DNA from: Lama guanicoe
Lineage: Eukaryota
Assembly: GCA_013239625.1 (NCBI GenBank)
Contig: MU055783.1
Span: forward strand, 12,559,202 to 12,623,201
Length of the DNA stretch: 64,000 bases
Reading direction: 5' to 3'
Of the stretch, positions 38,560 to 51,349 are shown piece by piece (the first letter of the stretch is position 1; each line of letters begins with the position of its first letter). Position numbers and translations under genes: made by a program. The notes below the pieces were generated by a model, which was given only the letters and a program-made list of their open reading frames with translations, was not told the origin of the DNA and searched no databases.

Positions 38560-38790
38560 ATTACTGAGTACTCATGACTTTCCAAGACTGTGTTATGCAC
38601 TTTTCAAGTGTCATCTCATTGAATTCTCACAATCATATATGAGGTGCATACTGTTATAACCTTCATTTTACAGGTGAGTGACCTGAGGCATAGGGTTATT
38701 CAGGAACTCACTCAAGGCCAAAAGGGCTGGGTTCTAGATTTACACCCAGGCAGCCTGAATATAGAGTCTGTGCCCTTAATTGCTATGCTA
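38560..38790 (-). mobile_element. MIR SINE
   Basis: tctcattgaattctcacaat...tatgaggtg...cattttacaggtgagtgacctgaggcatag...acccaggcagcctga...agagtctgtgcccttaa. Confidence 0.85.
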
Positions 38791-38799
38791 GATACATAA

Positions 38800-39605
38800 T
38801 AGATAAAATAAAAAAGCAGTAACAAATTGATAGGCAATATTTTCAATATATTATCAGTCAGTATACAAGGAGATAGGAAGAATGGTAAGAGGAAATTTAT
38901 GACAGAATTGTAAAAGCTAGTAAGAATATAAAAAATTTCTCCCTAAATGACTAAAGAGACTTTAAAATATATATATATATATGTATATATATAAAGAGAC
39001 TTTAAAATATATATATATATTGGCGAAATTTTTAAAAACAGTAATACATAGTGTTGGCCAGGGTGTAAGAAAAACTTCCACATTCATAAACCATGAAGAT
39101 GCAAAGTGTTTCTTATTTATTGAAGAGATTTGGCCTTAGAAATTGCCTATCTTTTTTCCCAGCAACTTAACAGCTAAGATTTTATCCCAAGGAAATTATT
39201 AGACATATATACGGAGATTTATCTATACGGATGATCATTACAATGCTGCTTATAACAACGAAAAATGAAAAACAACCTAAGTATCAAAAATTAAAGATGG
39301 TTAAAATAAGAAGCATCCAAGTAACAGAATACTACCCATCATTCAAAAATGATGTGCTGAAAGACATTAACCACATAGAAAAGTTTATGATCAGTGTTAT
39401 GTTGAAAGCCTTGCAAAACGTAACATATAGTGTAAATTTGTATTTCACATACATGCATCAAAATAGGAGTGAAAAGATGTACACCAATTAATAGTTAATA
39501 GTAATTATAGCTGTATAGCAGAACTGTGGATAATTTCTTATTCTTGTTTGTGTCTTTTACATTACTTAAACATTCTACAATAGCATTTATTATTTTTATA
39601 CCTAG
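38800..39605 (+). mobile_element. Old L1ME 3' region
   Basis: tagtgttggccagggtgt...cccagcaact...tttatcccaaggaaattatt...aaacaacctaagtatc...gaatactacccatcattcaaaa. Confidence 0.7.
38952..39020. repeat. 40-bp duplication of taaagagactttaaaa+(TA)n
   Basis: Unit starts at 38952 and again at 38992. Confidence 0.8.
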
Positions 39606-40699
39606 AAGGTGCTATTAACACTAATTATGAAACAAGTCTCTTTTCCCCCAATTCTAAAATGGACCAATTGTACAAGCGAGGCAATATGGTATGGTTATTG
39701 CAGAGAGAGAGTGGAGCAAGTTATTTATGTTCCGGTTATCTGTCGGGAGCCATCCACCTCTTGCTTTGGGGTGGGGCAGCCCTCCATCTGGGACAGCTAA
39801 TTAGTGATGACAGCTGCAATCTGTAACTTTACTGTTTTGCTTAAGTGAGACTCATCTCTTTGCTTTGTAGAACGCCAGCTTGTTTTAGGAACTACATACT
39901 TCTAAGTTATCTCAAAAAAAAAAAATCAAGGCTTTGAATTTAAACTAAAGTCTCATTTATCAAGCAAGCTACCAAATAAATAAAAGAAAGAACAAAAGAG
40001 AAAAGAAAGCAAGGAGAGAGGGAATGAAGGAAACATATAGGAAATTCATTTTAATTTAATCCTCAGATCACAAATACTGGTTTGAGGATGAACGTTCAAG
40101 GATATTTAGTTTGACTTCTTCATCACACAGATGAGAAAACTGAAGTCAGAACAAAAGGGAAAGCCCCTGGTGTTCTGGAAAGGTGTGGATTCAGGTTACA
40201 AGGAAGCAAATACAGATGGGGCCACTTAGTTTAGCTGGCTTAACTCTGGGCTGATTTTGCAGTCTTTATTCACTCTTAGGAGGCCTGGAGGATCTTCACC
40301 ATTATAATATGGTTGTCCTAATGGCCATCTTTAAATGTTTCATTTTCATCTGTGAAGTCTCTAAAAAGGCGAAGCCCTGACTGAACTGCTCTATCTTGAA
40401 GTTTGCCCTGCAATGAAATTAATACAGGCCTCTGAGTGAAACTCAACGGCAACTTGACAGATTTTCTGAAAATGAAGACCTCAAACTGAAAATACAAAGA
40501 AAGAAAAGAAAAAGACAAAAAAATCAGTATAGAAGGTGAAATGCAACTTAAAAGAAAATTGAGATCGAAATGTCTTTTTGTCATGTACTGAGGACTAGAA
40601 TCGAGAAAAGAAGAAACCCACCCAGAGTGTTCTGTGTGCACATCAAGACTTCTAGGCAGCCTACCTTTTGTAGGACAGCTCCAACCTCTATAAAGGGAT

Positions 40700-40910
40700 G
40701 CAGCAGAAAGAACTTGGAATTTGCAGTCCAAGGGACCTAGGTAGAAATACAGGCTTTTCTAATTGACTTGAGCAGGTGCCATTCCTTAACTCTGGCTTCT
40801 CTTGCATGTAAAATGAGGACAATAATTCTTATTTTATGAGATAGTGAGAAAAATTACATGACATGTGAAAGCATATGCTTAACACAGCACAGGTACTAAA
40901 TAAATATTTC
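40700..40910 (+). mobile_element. MIR SINE
   Basis: gacttgagcagg...gcatgtaaaatgaggacaataatt...tgtgaaagca...tactaaataaatatt. Confidence 0.6.
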
Positions 40911-41242
40911 CTTCTAATCTCTACCTATTGGTCCCAGTTCCTCCTAAGGCCCATTATGCCCCCCACTAAGTATCTCATCTCTTCTCCAGTCCGATCACTC
41001 TATTCCAAGCATTTTCCACTCCTGCTCTGAAGCCTGCTTGTCATCCCTCGGTACAGTGCTGCCTGTAGAGACGTTATAGTTTTTCAATGACCGTCCTAAA
41101 GTGACAGCAAACACTACTACCCTCAATACTCAAGCATGGTTGCTCCTGAAAAGGAAAGATTAAGATTCATTTTTAATGTGATGTTTTTGATCAGTGCAGC
41201 CTCAGACCAACAGGTGTGTGTGTGTATGTCTGTGTGTGTGTC

Positions 41243-41290
41243 CACTTAGTCACAGTGTCTTAGTCACTTAGTCACTTAGTCACAGTGACT
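41243..41290. repeat. Short tandem array of CTTAGTCAC units
   Basis: TTAGTCA at 41246, 41260, 41268 and 41276. Confidence 0.8.
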
Positions 41291-41341
41291 TGAGACAAAA
41301 AACCGAAACAAAAAAAACTCCAAGACTTTTCAATGCATGAT

Positions 41342-41565
41342 TATAGCTAATATTTATCAGGCACTTTTTAATGTACCATTCACTGTTCTTAGTCTTCTAT
41401 ATGAAGTGCTAATTTAATTATCAAAGCAGTCCAAAGTGGCAGTTACCATTCTTATCCCCATTTTAGGGATGAGAAGACTAACACACAGAGAGGCTATTTT
41501 TCACCTTTTAAGATAAAGAGCTAGAATCTGAGCTTGTGCAGTCTGACACCATAATCTCTGTGTCT
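41342..41565 (-). mobile_element. MIR SINE
   Basis: tagctaatatttatcaggcact...ttatccccattttagggatgagaagactaacacacagagagg...cagtctgacacc. Confidence 0.75.
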
Positions 41566-41834
41566 TCTTAGTAACAATAAGATAATTAAAATGTCACATA
41601 AAGATGCCTCATATTTTCTTAGGAAAGAGAAAGAAGTTCTTGCTTCTGATGCAGCATCTGTATCGACCAACGCCCAAACCCACACATTAGGAAACAGAAG
41701 CCCCAGGGTTCACACAGCAGAGTCAAAGAATAGGGAACACATTTCCTAGTGACTAAAGACAGGCACAGGTAGAAGAAGTTGAGGGGGAGGTGCCTGGACC
41801 AAAGGGTCTGTGTCTTTTCCATCAGAGGCACCAA

Positions 41835-42056
41835 GAGTAGAGCTTGAACACTTCAAGTCCCAGGTTTCCAGGGAGACATCTTGGGATGAGCCAATAAGTA
41901 GAGAATGAATCTGTACAGGGAGGGTCTCCAAGGTTCTAAACCCCAAATTCAGCCTGAGCAGCACCATTCTGTTTGGTTTCACGGGATATCGGGCTTCTCC
42001 GTAATATTTTATTTGAAGAAGTGGCTTTCCTGTTTTGAAAAACTTGAAAACCACTC
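41835..42056. mobile_element. Old hAT-Charlie MER fragment
   Basis: Ends ttttatttgaagaagtggctttcctg...aacttgaaaaccact, a Charlie-type TIR; a related copy appears inverted at about 45500-45690. Confidence 0.45.
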
Positions 42057-44919
42057 ATAGACAGAGTATTTGTTTGGGATCCAAGGCACCAATAACTTCA
42101 TGGGATTACCTTGCAAACTTGGTCATGCTCAGTACTTTCTCTTAACATTAAAACATCAACCTGACCTGACGAGGTTATTAGAAGGAACAAACATGACATT
42201 TAGGAGACGCACTTTTAACTTGCTATTAATTATAATAATATTTGACACATTAAAAGCACTAAAGAGTTGTGTCAGTGTGAGTGATTTCTTCCATGATCCA
42301 TCAGCAAGAGTACTTATGGCTCTGGTCTACTCATGAGAGGCAGTAATGTTTACACTGAATGGAATTTTGAGTCAGAATCAGCTAGAATCCAATCGCAGCT
42401 GATTACTGAGCCATATAGCTATGGGAAAGCAGATTCAGCTCCCTAAGCCTTTGTCCCATGCCCATGAATGGGGGCTCCTGACAGCAGTGAAGTTACGGAT
42501 CCAACATGCCTTCATGCTCTGAACAGGGCACAGGACATTCCACAAAGGGAAGCACTGAAGACCTGTTAGTATTTTTATATCAATTCTCACCTCTCAAGCT
42601 TTCTACCTGTCTTGTAAGAAAAGCTCAAGGGGAAAACAGACTTCAGGCGCACTCCTTTCCACAGGAGTGAATCCTGAGCCCCCACATCTGATCTGCCTTT
42701 GCTAACTGGCATAAATATTCTGTAATTGCTTTGGAGTGTACTGGTAACAACATGGCCAACTGTTCCCTGAGATGACTCATGCGTTGCTCTGAAACAGAAT
42801 GGGTGCGTGCTAGAGGAAGCTGTAAAACTCTCAGGTCTGAGTCACTGCAGTGCCACAGCCCTCGAGCTCCAATGTTCACAAGTGCCTGAACAACTCCACA
42901 CCCATATGTCCACCGCCCGGCTCAAACACACCGTGATACTTCTTACCTCAGTGAGACAACACAACTTACCCACCACCAGCTACGTCCTCTCCTGCCTACT
43001 AATAGCCTACTCATCCCATATCAGGACCAGTTCAAATGCCACCTTCTCAGCAAAGCCCTTCCAGATGACCCTCGTCCGCATCATTAACCTCCACCCCCAC
43101 AAGACATTACAAGCCCATCAATTTTTTGTTTATGCACACCTGACATCTTTGTGTGACCATTTTCAATTGGTCTCAACAGAACTGTTTTAAATCATAATTT
43201 GCTGAGAGCAAGAATGTTATTCTATTTACTCTGTAATCCCCCAAAGTATAATGTATGCAGTGTGTACTTATTACACAATAAAGTAAAATGAAAGCATAAA
43301 ATATGCCCAATTCCTCAATCTAGGCTTTACAATGATATGCTTGCTAACTCATATGACATGTAAAAATTGAAAATGTTGACAATGACTTTTAATTCATTCT
43401 CATGGATTTTAAAATTTAGTATTTTACGTGACAGCTTAAACTTTAAACTGGAATCATTGAATTTTTTATGAATACTCTAAAAAGAAAATAAATCTTTTAA
43501 TGTAGCCATTTTTATTTATTTTCCTCATTGTAAAAATTAGCTAATACAGCTATATGGTTCTTTTCTTTATGAAGCTGGCTATATCTAAGTAAAATATTCT
43601 TTTTAGAGCATACTTGCCTACTTTTAGCCAGCTTTTCCCCGTGGAGCTATGGGATCAACTTTATATTTTCAGGCTTTTCCTCAAAACAGCAGCCAATGTT
43701 GTAGACTATAAAGGTCAAAGGCAAGGAGGTTAAACAAAGGAAGATGTTGGAAAACATCAACCAGCATCTTGGAGAGGAGGGTAATTGTTGCAGGAATTTA
43801 TCCCACTTACCTTAGTCCAAACACAGTGTCAGAGACTACTCTAGCTGTCACTGGCTAGTCTGTTTAACCCTGGATACATATGATCTTAGAATGTTATTCA
43901 GACTTCAGTAGCAATTGTTTTTAATTGAAGTGTATTTGTTTCTAAAACAGTAATTTGTAGAGCTTTTAGCAGCCAAGGAGTCCTGGCTGCTTCTGAATTT
44001 GAATAGCATAATCCTGCCTGAAGACTTTGCTGTCCACACAGATTGAAAGTAAACTGAGCTTATTAACCTCCTGTGCTAGCAGTTTCTGTTCTCAGTGTCC
44101 CCCTCTGTGTCAAAAATACCATCGTACCTGTCCAGTGGCTCCAAAGTTTTGAGTCAAGTACTGTGAAAAAGAGAAAGGGCCACACTGATATAACCCAGTA
44201 TATTTTTACCTACAAACGTTTAGCAATTCCTGTCGAAATTTGTGCAAAGTGTTTTTCTTCTCATCTACCTCTTTCTGTCCATTCTCCTGGACACAGATTT
44301 TTCCCTCCCCACAAAACTATCCCCTCACACCCGGATTACAGGAGAGGTCTCTTGTCAGCCTCCTTGACTTCCAGCTTGCTTGATCTAATCTATTTTAAGT
44401 GTAGCTTTGAAGCATTTCTTCCTTAAATAGCACTTTCATAATGTTGCTCCTGTACTTAAAAACCTTTTATGGTTTGTGAGTTCTGACAACTTCACAGCTA
44501 AACTCTTCTCCCTGATCCTGTGTAGGTACCTTATTTTCCACTTGCTTCTCCAGTTTGAGCTTCTGACCCATTTCACCAGTACACAAGGAAGGTGATTCAC
44601 TTAGCTCCCTTGAACAAAGTGAACCTTCTGTGCCAAGCTGCGGGAATGAGAGGCCACTGACTTCAAAGATGTCTCGATAAACCGGGGAAGACAGAACACA
44701 ATTAGACTATTGATGTAGAATGGGGGTATAAAACAGGAGGCTGGCAAAGCAGGTTGCACAGGTTAGAAAGAGCTCACGCCAATTGGTGAATCCTCCATGA
44801 TCTATAGGAACTACAGAGCTATGTACTTTCCACCTTCCGCCCAGTCCTTCACTCATACTTTGCCTGTGTCCAGTCTATGTATCCATCAATGGTTAACCCA
44901 AGTCCCAACACTATATGAT

Positions 44920-45385
44920 GAGTCAGGAAACAATGTGCTCTCCAGACAGAGATCCTGAGACAAGGATTCCAGTGAAAATAGTTTATTAGTGCTATGATCT
45001 CAAGGCAACTCTGGAAGGGAGTATAAGGAAAGAAATAGTTATAATATATAATAGACATATTATCAAGTAAATTACCCCTATGGGTAACTACAACTTAATC
45101 CCAGAAGGCAAATTCTAGAAAAACAGTATAGGACACACACCTTAGAGTTATTCCCTGTGAGGAACAGAGAGTTGAGGTTTTTATACACCAACTTCTGTCA
45201 CTCATCAGTTGAGGCTTCAGAGGGTATTAATTCTTCAGCCCTTCCAATTTGGCACAGCAGCCTCCTTACTTGAAGGCCCTCAGGTGAAGAGGTGCCAATG
45301 TGGGTAATTGGAAGTCTGTTCTTAGAGCTCTGATTTGGTGGGGCCATGAGGATATGATCCAGTACCAAAAGAGCCCTCTACACAA
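44920..45385 (-). mobile_element. ERVL LTR (LTR33-like)
   Basis: cagagatcctgagacaaggattccagtgaaaatagtttatt...tatcaagtaaattacc...acaccttagagttattcc...tttatacaccaacttctgtcactcatcagttgaggc. Confidence 0.75.
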
Positions 45386-46064
45386 ATCAGCTGTGAGCGC
45401 TAATGGTGGTGCTGCCTCTGTCTCTTGCATGTATGTGCTTAGAAGGAGATCAATTTTCTGATCAAGTTTCTTCATCTTTAAGGGGGGTGGGTAGGTATTA
45501 TTATTAATTTTTCAATTTATTTAATAGCAGAACCATTGACCCCCCAAAAAAATCTGGATTAGAATCCTAATTTGTAAAACAAGTGAAAGCAGAATTTTTC
45601 AGGTTGAAGTTTTGGCAGGCTGTCTTAGCTGAGAGAATTATTCTTGGACACCTATAGTTTCCAGAGAGCAACAAGTAAAATATTCTGCGTCATAGATAGT
45701 ACCTAAGATCCCTCTGGCATTGCTGAATTCCCTCCTGCTTTGATGTTCTATGATGCTTAGGACTCAATATGGATCTCTGCTAGAGAACGAAAGACACTGA
45801 GCAGTCACTAAGCACTCATCATGCTCCAGAAATCTTGACTCATACTGAATACATATTCTCTAATAATGGCTCAGGCCCTTCTAGATGGTGGTATAGTGAT
45901 GGACAGTTAAGTCAGAGCAGTTTATGGTAATGCTAGAGTTCTTCAAACTGTGTTTCAATAACAAACCAATGATTTATTTTATTTAGACTGCACAACCTAT
46001 TTGGGGGGATGGGGAGAGAGAAACTTTGGAGTAACCAACTTCTTTTTGCCACCACCATTTCTTT

Positions 46065-46270
46065 CATTAAATCTTCACAACTATGTGAGATAGATGTTAT
46101 TATTATCATTTATTATTATTATCATCATCATTATTGTTTTACAGATGAAAAAAATGGGGCTCAAAGTGGGAAGAAGTCTTGCCCAAGGTCTACAGCAAGT
46201 TAGGAGCAGAGCCAAGACTCATGCCCGGTCTTTCTGAGTTTGGAGCCCATCACGCCACACTACTTACTAC
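46065..46270 (-). mobile_element. MIR SINE
   Basis: aatcttcacaactatgtgagatagat...ttttacagatgaaaaaaatggggctcaaag...cttgcccaaggtctacagcaag. Confidence 0.85.
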
Positions 46271-46569
46271 TGCATCTTGTATTACATGTGAATGTTTCAT
46301 AACACAATTTGTTTACACAGTCAACCTCCCAAGTCTTGGAAACATCAGGCCCAGTGATTGTTAACATAGAGGCTATAGGAGACAACTGACCACATGTTAG
46401 GAACTTAATTAATATCCATTGGATTATTGAACATCACATATGGGATTTCTGCCTGAAAGGAAGAACTAAGACAAGTGTGAAAATTCATGATTATTATTGA
46501 TTTCAGGGCAGTAAGTCATATACAAATGCTGCAATTGGGAATGAGATTGAAAAGCGAATAATTTTCATT

Positions 46570-47125
46570 CCTTTCACTCATTCATTTATTCGAACATTTT
46601 TGGTATATACTTTTTTACCAAGCTGTTGTGCCAAACATATAAGGCATATTAAGGGTAAAATAATAATTAAGATACGATTCTGTTCTAAATTATGTTGAAG
46701 AGGAAATATAAGGCAAACATATACATACATAAAATTTCACTATACATGTAATAACTTTGTAATAGAAGGAAGAACTCACTTGCTGAGAATCAGAGACAGG
46801 TCATGGAGAAGGCAGTCTTTGTGCTTGTTCTTAAAGAATGGTTTAGATTTTGGAAATCTGACTCAGGGCATTCTAGAGTAAGTGGTGACCCAAGGACACG
46901 TAACAGGAAAACTAGTGACATGTACATGTTCAGGTACAAGGGATATGAGCAGGTTTGGACTATAAGGTTCTGAAAGCAAAGGGGAGATTTTGCTACTTGG
47001 AGACATATCTAGAAGATCCTGCAGGTCAAGCTGAGGTTTCAAGCCTTTTGTTCCATAAGTAGTAGGAGGCCCCAAAGGTTAATGTTTAGGAAAATCACAT
47101 GGGTGGAGCTGTGCTTTAGAGATGC
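46570..47125 (-). mobile_element. L2 fragment
   Basis: cactcattcatttattcgaacatttt tail; gaatcagagacaggtcatggagaaggcagtctttgtgc; gagctgtgctttagagatg. Confidence 0.65.
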
Positions 47126-47149
47126 CTATTTTTGTAAAATAACAACCTA

Positions 47150-47385
47150 ATAACAATAAAAATTGACAAAATCTACTGTGTGTTTACTGTACACCCAGAT
47201 AATGTGGTAAGGGTTTTGCTTGTGTCAGTTCATTTAATCTTCATTTCACCCTTCAAAGGCTGTAGTATTATTATTCCTCTTTTACAGACGAGAAGTCCAA
47301 AACTAAGAAAGCACATATAATATCCTGATGGCTTCAAGGTTAGGAAGTAGAAAAGCTGGGATTTAAACAGAAGCTATTTTGTACC
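47150..47385 (-). mobile_element. MIR SINE
   Basis: ttcatttaatcttca...gtattattattcctcttttacagacgagaa...gctgggatttaaac. Confidence 0.7.
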
Positions 47386-47399
47386 ATGATCCCAGGTGG

Positions 47400-48180
47400 T
47401 ACCTTAGAGACAAAAGACCCTCTCAGAATATTAAGGCATATCTCACAGAGTCTTGTCCCATAAGTCTCAAGCAGCACAGGGATTGCCCTTGACGAGATCT
47501 GTGGGTGTGGCTTTTGCCTAATGCATTGGATTCGAGATTGGTACATTTGAAAAAAAAAAATACAACTTTTTTAAGGAATTGTATCAGCTTAAACTGAAAA
47601 GGACAAAAACAGTACCAAATGCAAGAGGCCTTGGACTCTTGAGCTTCAATTAGCAGAAAACAGACTGAAAAACCTATTGAGCTGCAAACACAGACTACAT
47701 TTTACAGGAAAAGCAAAGCCAAAAGCAGTGGAAAATCACTCCCAGAGAGTACGACTAAACCTCAATCAAGAAACTGGCAATACATGCCAGGCTAGTTCTT
47801 TTTTTCAGAATTGCTCAGGGTCAATGAATGCAGTGCGGCCTAGTTCCTCCTTTTCAAGCGGGAGTATCTGTTGTGATTACTCTGGGGCTGCCCCCCCCCC
47901 CGTCATTGTGTGTTGGGTGTAGGGACGTGGCAGACAGCTTGTCGCTTTACTTTACAGGTCTTAGATCAGGAAGAAAGATATCAAGGGACTTTGCTCAAGG
48001 AAACACATGGAGGAGCCTCGTCCACACCCAAACCAGACTGATCTACTAAGATCCTGGCCCTTGAGAGTGAGCCTCATGCCATGATGGAACGAAACTTTGA
48101 GGGCAGGTCGTCTTAGGGGACAGAGTGAGGCTATCTGGCATGTCGAAGAGACTTGTATCATTGGGACCAGAGAGCAGACT
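47400..48180 (+). mobile_element. MaLR internal region (MLT1-int) 3' part
   Basis: gagatctgtgggtgtggcttttgcctaatg...aggaattgtatcagct...cagaattgct...cattgtgtgttgggtgt...gcagacagcttgtc ending in the PPT-like gggaccagagagcagac next to an LTR. Confidence 0.7.
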
Positions 48181-48762
48181 TGGGTACGTTGTGGCCACAA
48201 AAATATTTCTGGTCCCATGGCCTCTTTCAGAATCTTGTCTCATCCTTATTGGTAGTGGAGTTTAGTTCTCCTTCCCTTGAACCCACACAAGCCCTTGTGA
48301 CTGTCTTGATGAATACAATGTTTCAGAAATGACAATGTGTGACTTCTGAGGCTAGGTCACAAAATGTTAGTGAGTGCTCTCTCTCTCTCTTTCTCGGAAA
48401 TCTATCTTTGAAGCCCTGAGCCACCATGTAAGCATGGTTACCTTGTAGCTGCTGCACTAAAAAGACTATGAAAAGGACTAGACACAGACAGAGATGCCCC
48501 AGGATCCCCAGCTGCTGCAGCCCCCACCCCCTATCTGTTCACATTCCCCCTCTTCTCAGGATCCAGACATGAGTGAATAAGCCCTCAGAAGATTCCAGCC
48601 CTGCATTCCTGACTGCAGCGGCATAAGACAACATAAGTGAGAACCACCAAGTTGAGCCAGTCAACATCCAGAACCTTAGGGGATAAAAATAAAACGATAT
48701 TTCTCATTTTAAGTCAAGAAGTTTGGAGGTGGTGTGTTATGTGGTGATGAATAACCAGAACA
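48181..48762 (+). mobile_element. MaLR 3' LTR (MLT1G/H-like)
   Basis: ctccttcccttgaac...gtgtgacttctgaggctaggtcacaaaa...gagccaccatgtaag...ccagacatgagtgaa...tgagccagtcaac...ataaccagaaca. Confidence 0.85.
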
Positions 48763-50026
48763 CGATTTTTTCTAAAGCTGGAGGAAGTGGTGCAGTCATA
48801 TAATTAGGCAGAAATAAGGTGGTAGAACCTCGTAGAAGCCCAAGGAAGAAATTCAAGAAGAGAAAGTACTCACCATTATCAAGGGCTGCAGAAGAAAAGT
48901 AGAATGAATACTGAAGAAAGGTTACTAGAAATTAAATCATTTGTCTTTTCTTGTCTAGGATGAAAAACAGACTAGCTTTCTTAACATAAAAACAGTATTA
49001 AACATAGGAAAGAACATATGTTCCCTCTACCTGGATCCTTCTTGTCCCACGCATCAAGCCCTTCTTCTCCAAACCCATCCAAAAGTCTGAGATGAAAAGG
49101 AAAACAGTACCCCTTATTTATCAGTTACGGTGTGTTTATTTCCATTAATAATAACAAGAAGTCCACCAAGTGAGTATTAGTCTCATGTTACTAATGATTG
49201 ATATAAGATTTAGAAAAATTAAATAGTCTGACAGTGGACATACAGCTAGTAAAGAGTAAACCCATTATTTTAACCTAGTCCTTTGTGAGTCCGATGGCCA
49301 GAATGGAGACAATGACAGACAAATTCTTTATGATCAAATCTAGTCCAATGGAGACTAAACTGGGTTCTGATGATTTAAGAGCTGGTCCTTTTTGAACTCT
49401 TCCCTCCTCTGTATGGCATCCTCCAGATGGTTGGAAGCTCAAAAGAGTGATCTGTAGCAATCAGCTTTTCTCTTTCCCCACCAATGCCAATCCACGTATA
49501 GCATTCCCATAATACCCCCCAGACTCCAAGAGAACAGCCTTCTGTAGGCACAAATAAAGCTTGCTCTATAGCAGCATGAGGAAGCTAAGCTCAAAATTCT
49601 AAAAATGAACTACAGAAAAGTGTGTTTAATACAGGAATGGGGTTCCAGATTGTGTCCTGTTTACAAAGGCACATATTGTGCTGATAGTAAAAGCAAGTGA
49701 GTTCTACTTTCACAATGGCGGCCGAAAACGAATGCCACCCACCCACACCCCCGCCCTTCCCACACTCACATGCCGGCAGCGCAATTAAATCTTAAATTCA
49801 CCTTGCTCTGAGCTACACAGACAAATGGAATGTTGTGCGTGTATTTGTGTGGCTTGTTTATCGTCTTGCCCAAAGTACTTTACCAGCTGAAATAAAAGAA
49901 CTAGCTCACTCACATATGCATTCCAGGCTTCTGGGTTCTAACTCACAAGATGAATGCACACTCTCATAGTAACCAAGGGGGAAAAAAAACACTTAGACAA
50001 AGCAGGTGTCATTCATTACCAGAAGC

Positions 50027-50330
50027 CAGTACTTTCAACTGTACTCTAGAGAATTCTAGGCTACATAAGACCCTAATAGTTATTCAATAAGATTAGGCTT
50101 TTGTGGTCAAATAATTTAGGAAACCACAACGGCTTATTTTACACCCTTGTAAATCTACACTGCATTAGTATCTAATGGTGTAGGAAATCCTGTAAGGTAC
50201 AAATCTGTTTAACTATTTGAACGAGGATTCCCCCAATTTATTTTACCATGGACCCTTATCTTCATACAGTATCGATTATATTTCTTGTAGAACATCATTC
50301 TTCAAGCAATACATTAAAGCAAACATCATT
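50027..50330. mobile_element. hAT-Charlie MER (MER103-like) remnant
   Basis: tgtggtcaaataatttaggaaac...tctgtttaact...cccaatttattttaccatggaccc internal inverted motif typical of this group. Confidence 0.55.
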
Positions 50331-50564
50331 CTCATTCCTCTGAATGGAACTGTTGGTTTAGATCAATTGGTAGAACAATGGAAGGATGAGATTTGAGCTT
50401 TTTCGCTTACTTAAATATCTGATATTGGTCACTGGAGGGAATGAGGAATGATGGAGACAAATCAAACGCTATCAATATGCAGAAGACTTTGCAAAGAAAG
50501 CAAACAGAGCTGGACAATTATTCAGTCACCAAACACAAAAGCTCAGTGAGTTATTTTAGGGAAA

Positions 50565-50810
50565 TAGTATGATATGATAAAAAAGATGATATGCTTTAGA
50601 GTCAACATGGTCTGACTAAAATTCTAACACTTATTAGCAGCCAAGAGCTTTTTTAAAAAACTGCTTTAAAGAAAGTTATTCAATCTCCCTGGGCCTCAAT
50701 GCTTTGTATGCAAAAGAGGGATAAAAATAGCTACTTTGTAGGAGTGGTTTTGCAAATTAAATCAGGTATAATGCCTGCCACATTATAGGCATGAAGTAAC
50801 TAATGTTTCC
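50565..50810 (+). mobile_element. MIR SINE
   Basis: gctttagagtca...aagttattcaatctccctgggcctcaat...gcaaaagagggataaaaatagctact. Confidence 0.7.
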
Positions 50811-51349
50811 TTTCTGGCTAAATTACTTTAATTCTTCACTTAAGCAATTTTATATTGCTACGGGTTTTTTTTTAAAAAGGCTCCATATGAACTGGACAAG
50901 AACATATGAATTGAAGTTCCAGGCATTCTAACTCAGGTCCATACAACTACATAAACATCTTTAAGAGCACAGAGGAAACAGGAAGGTTGATACACTGCTC
51001 AAAGTTGCTCTGATAATTCTAAACAATCATAAAGGAAGTGTCTTAAAGGAAGAACTGTTCTACCTACCACGTTTTCTTATACATCTTAAACTCAGAATTT
51101 CCCTCTTCAGTGACCAATGCTGAAAAAAAAATTCTGCTATTTAAAAAATCCTAGGTAGGGACTTATGTCTCTATACCTATGTTTTCTTACTAAAAGTTAT
51201 CTAAACTTACAAAAATCTAAATCAAGTACTTAACCATTTCTTCTTCCTTCTTTATAGCTCCCAGAGAATCCAGCACTGTCCCAGGCTGATTATCAATCCC
51301 TCAGTGAATATTTACTGATGGTTCTGAGCAATTCTCAACTGTAGAGAGG

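Noticed and set aside
40318-40731. 137-aa minus ORF with a strong internal acceptor near 40486
   Set aside because: Low-complexity F/S/L content from an A-rich tract, no good donor and no recognisable domain
42807-43190. 127-aa plus ORF
   Set aside because: Runs into an L2-like fragment; no start context or domain
50350-50400. tRNA-like or MamSINE head (gttggtttagatcaattggtagaac)
   Set aside because: Only an A-box-like word; no B box or cloverleaf
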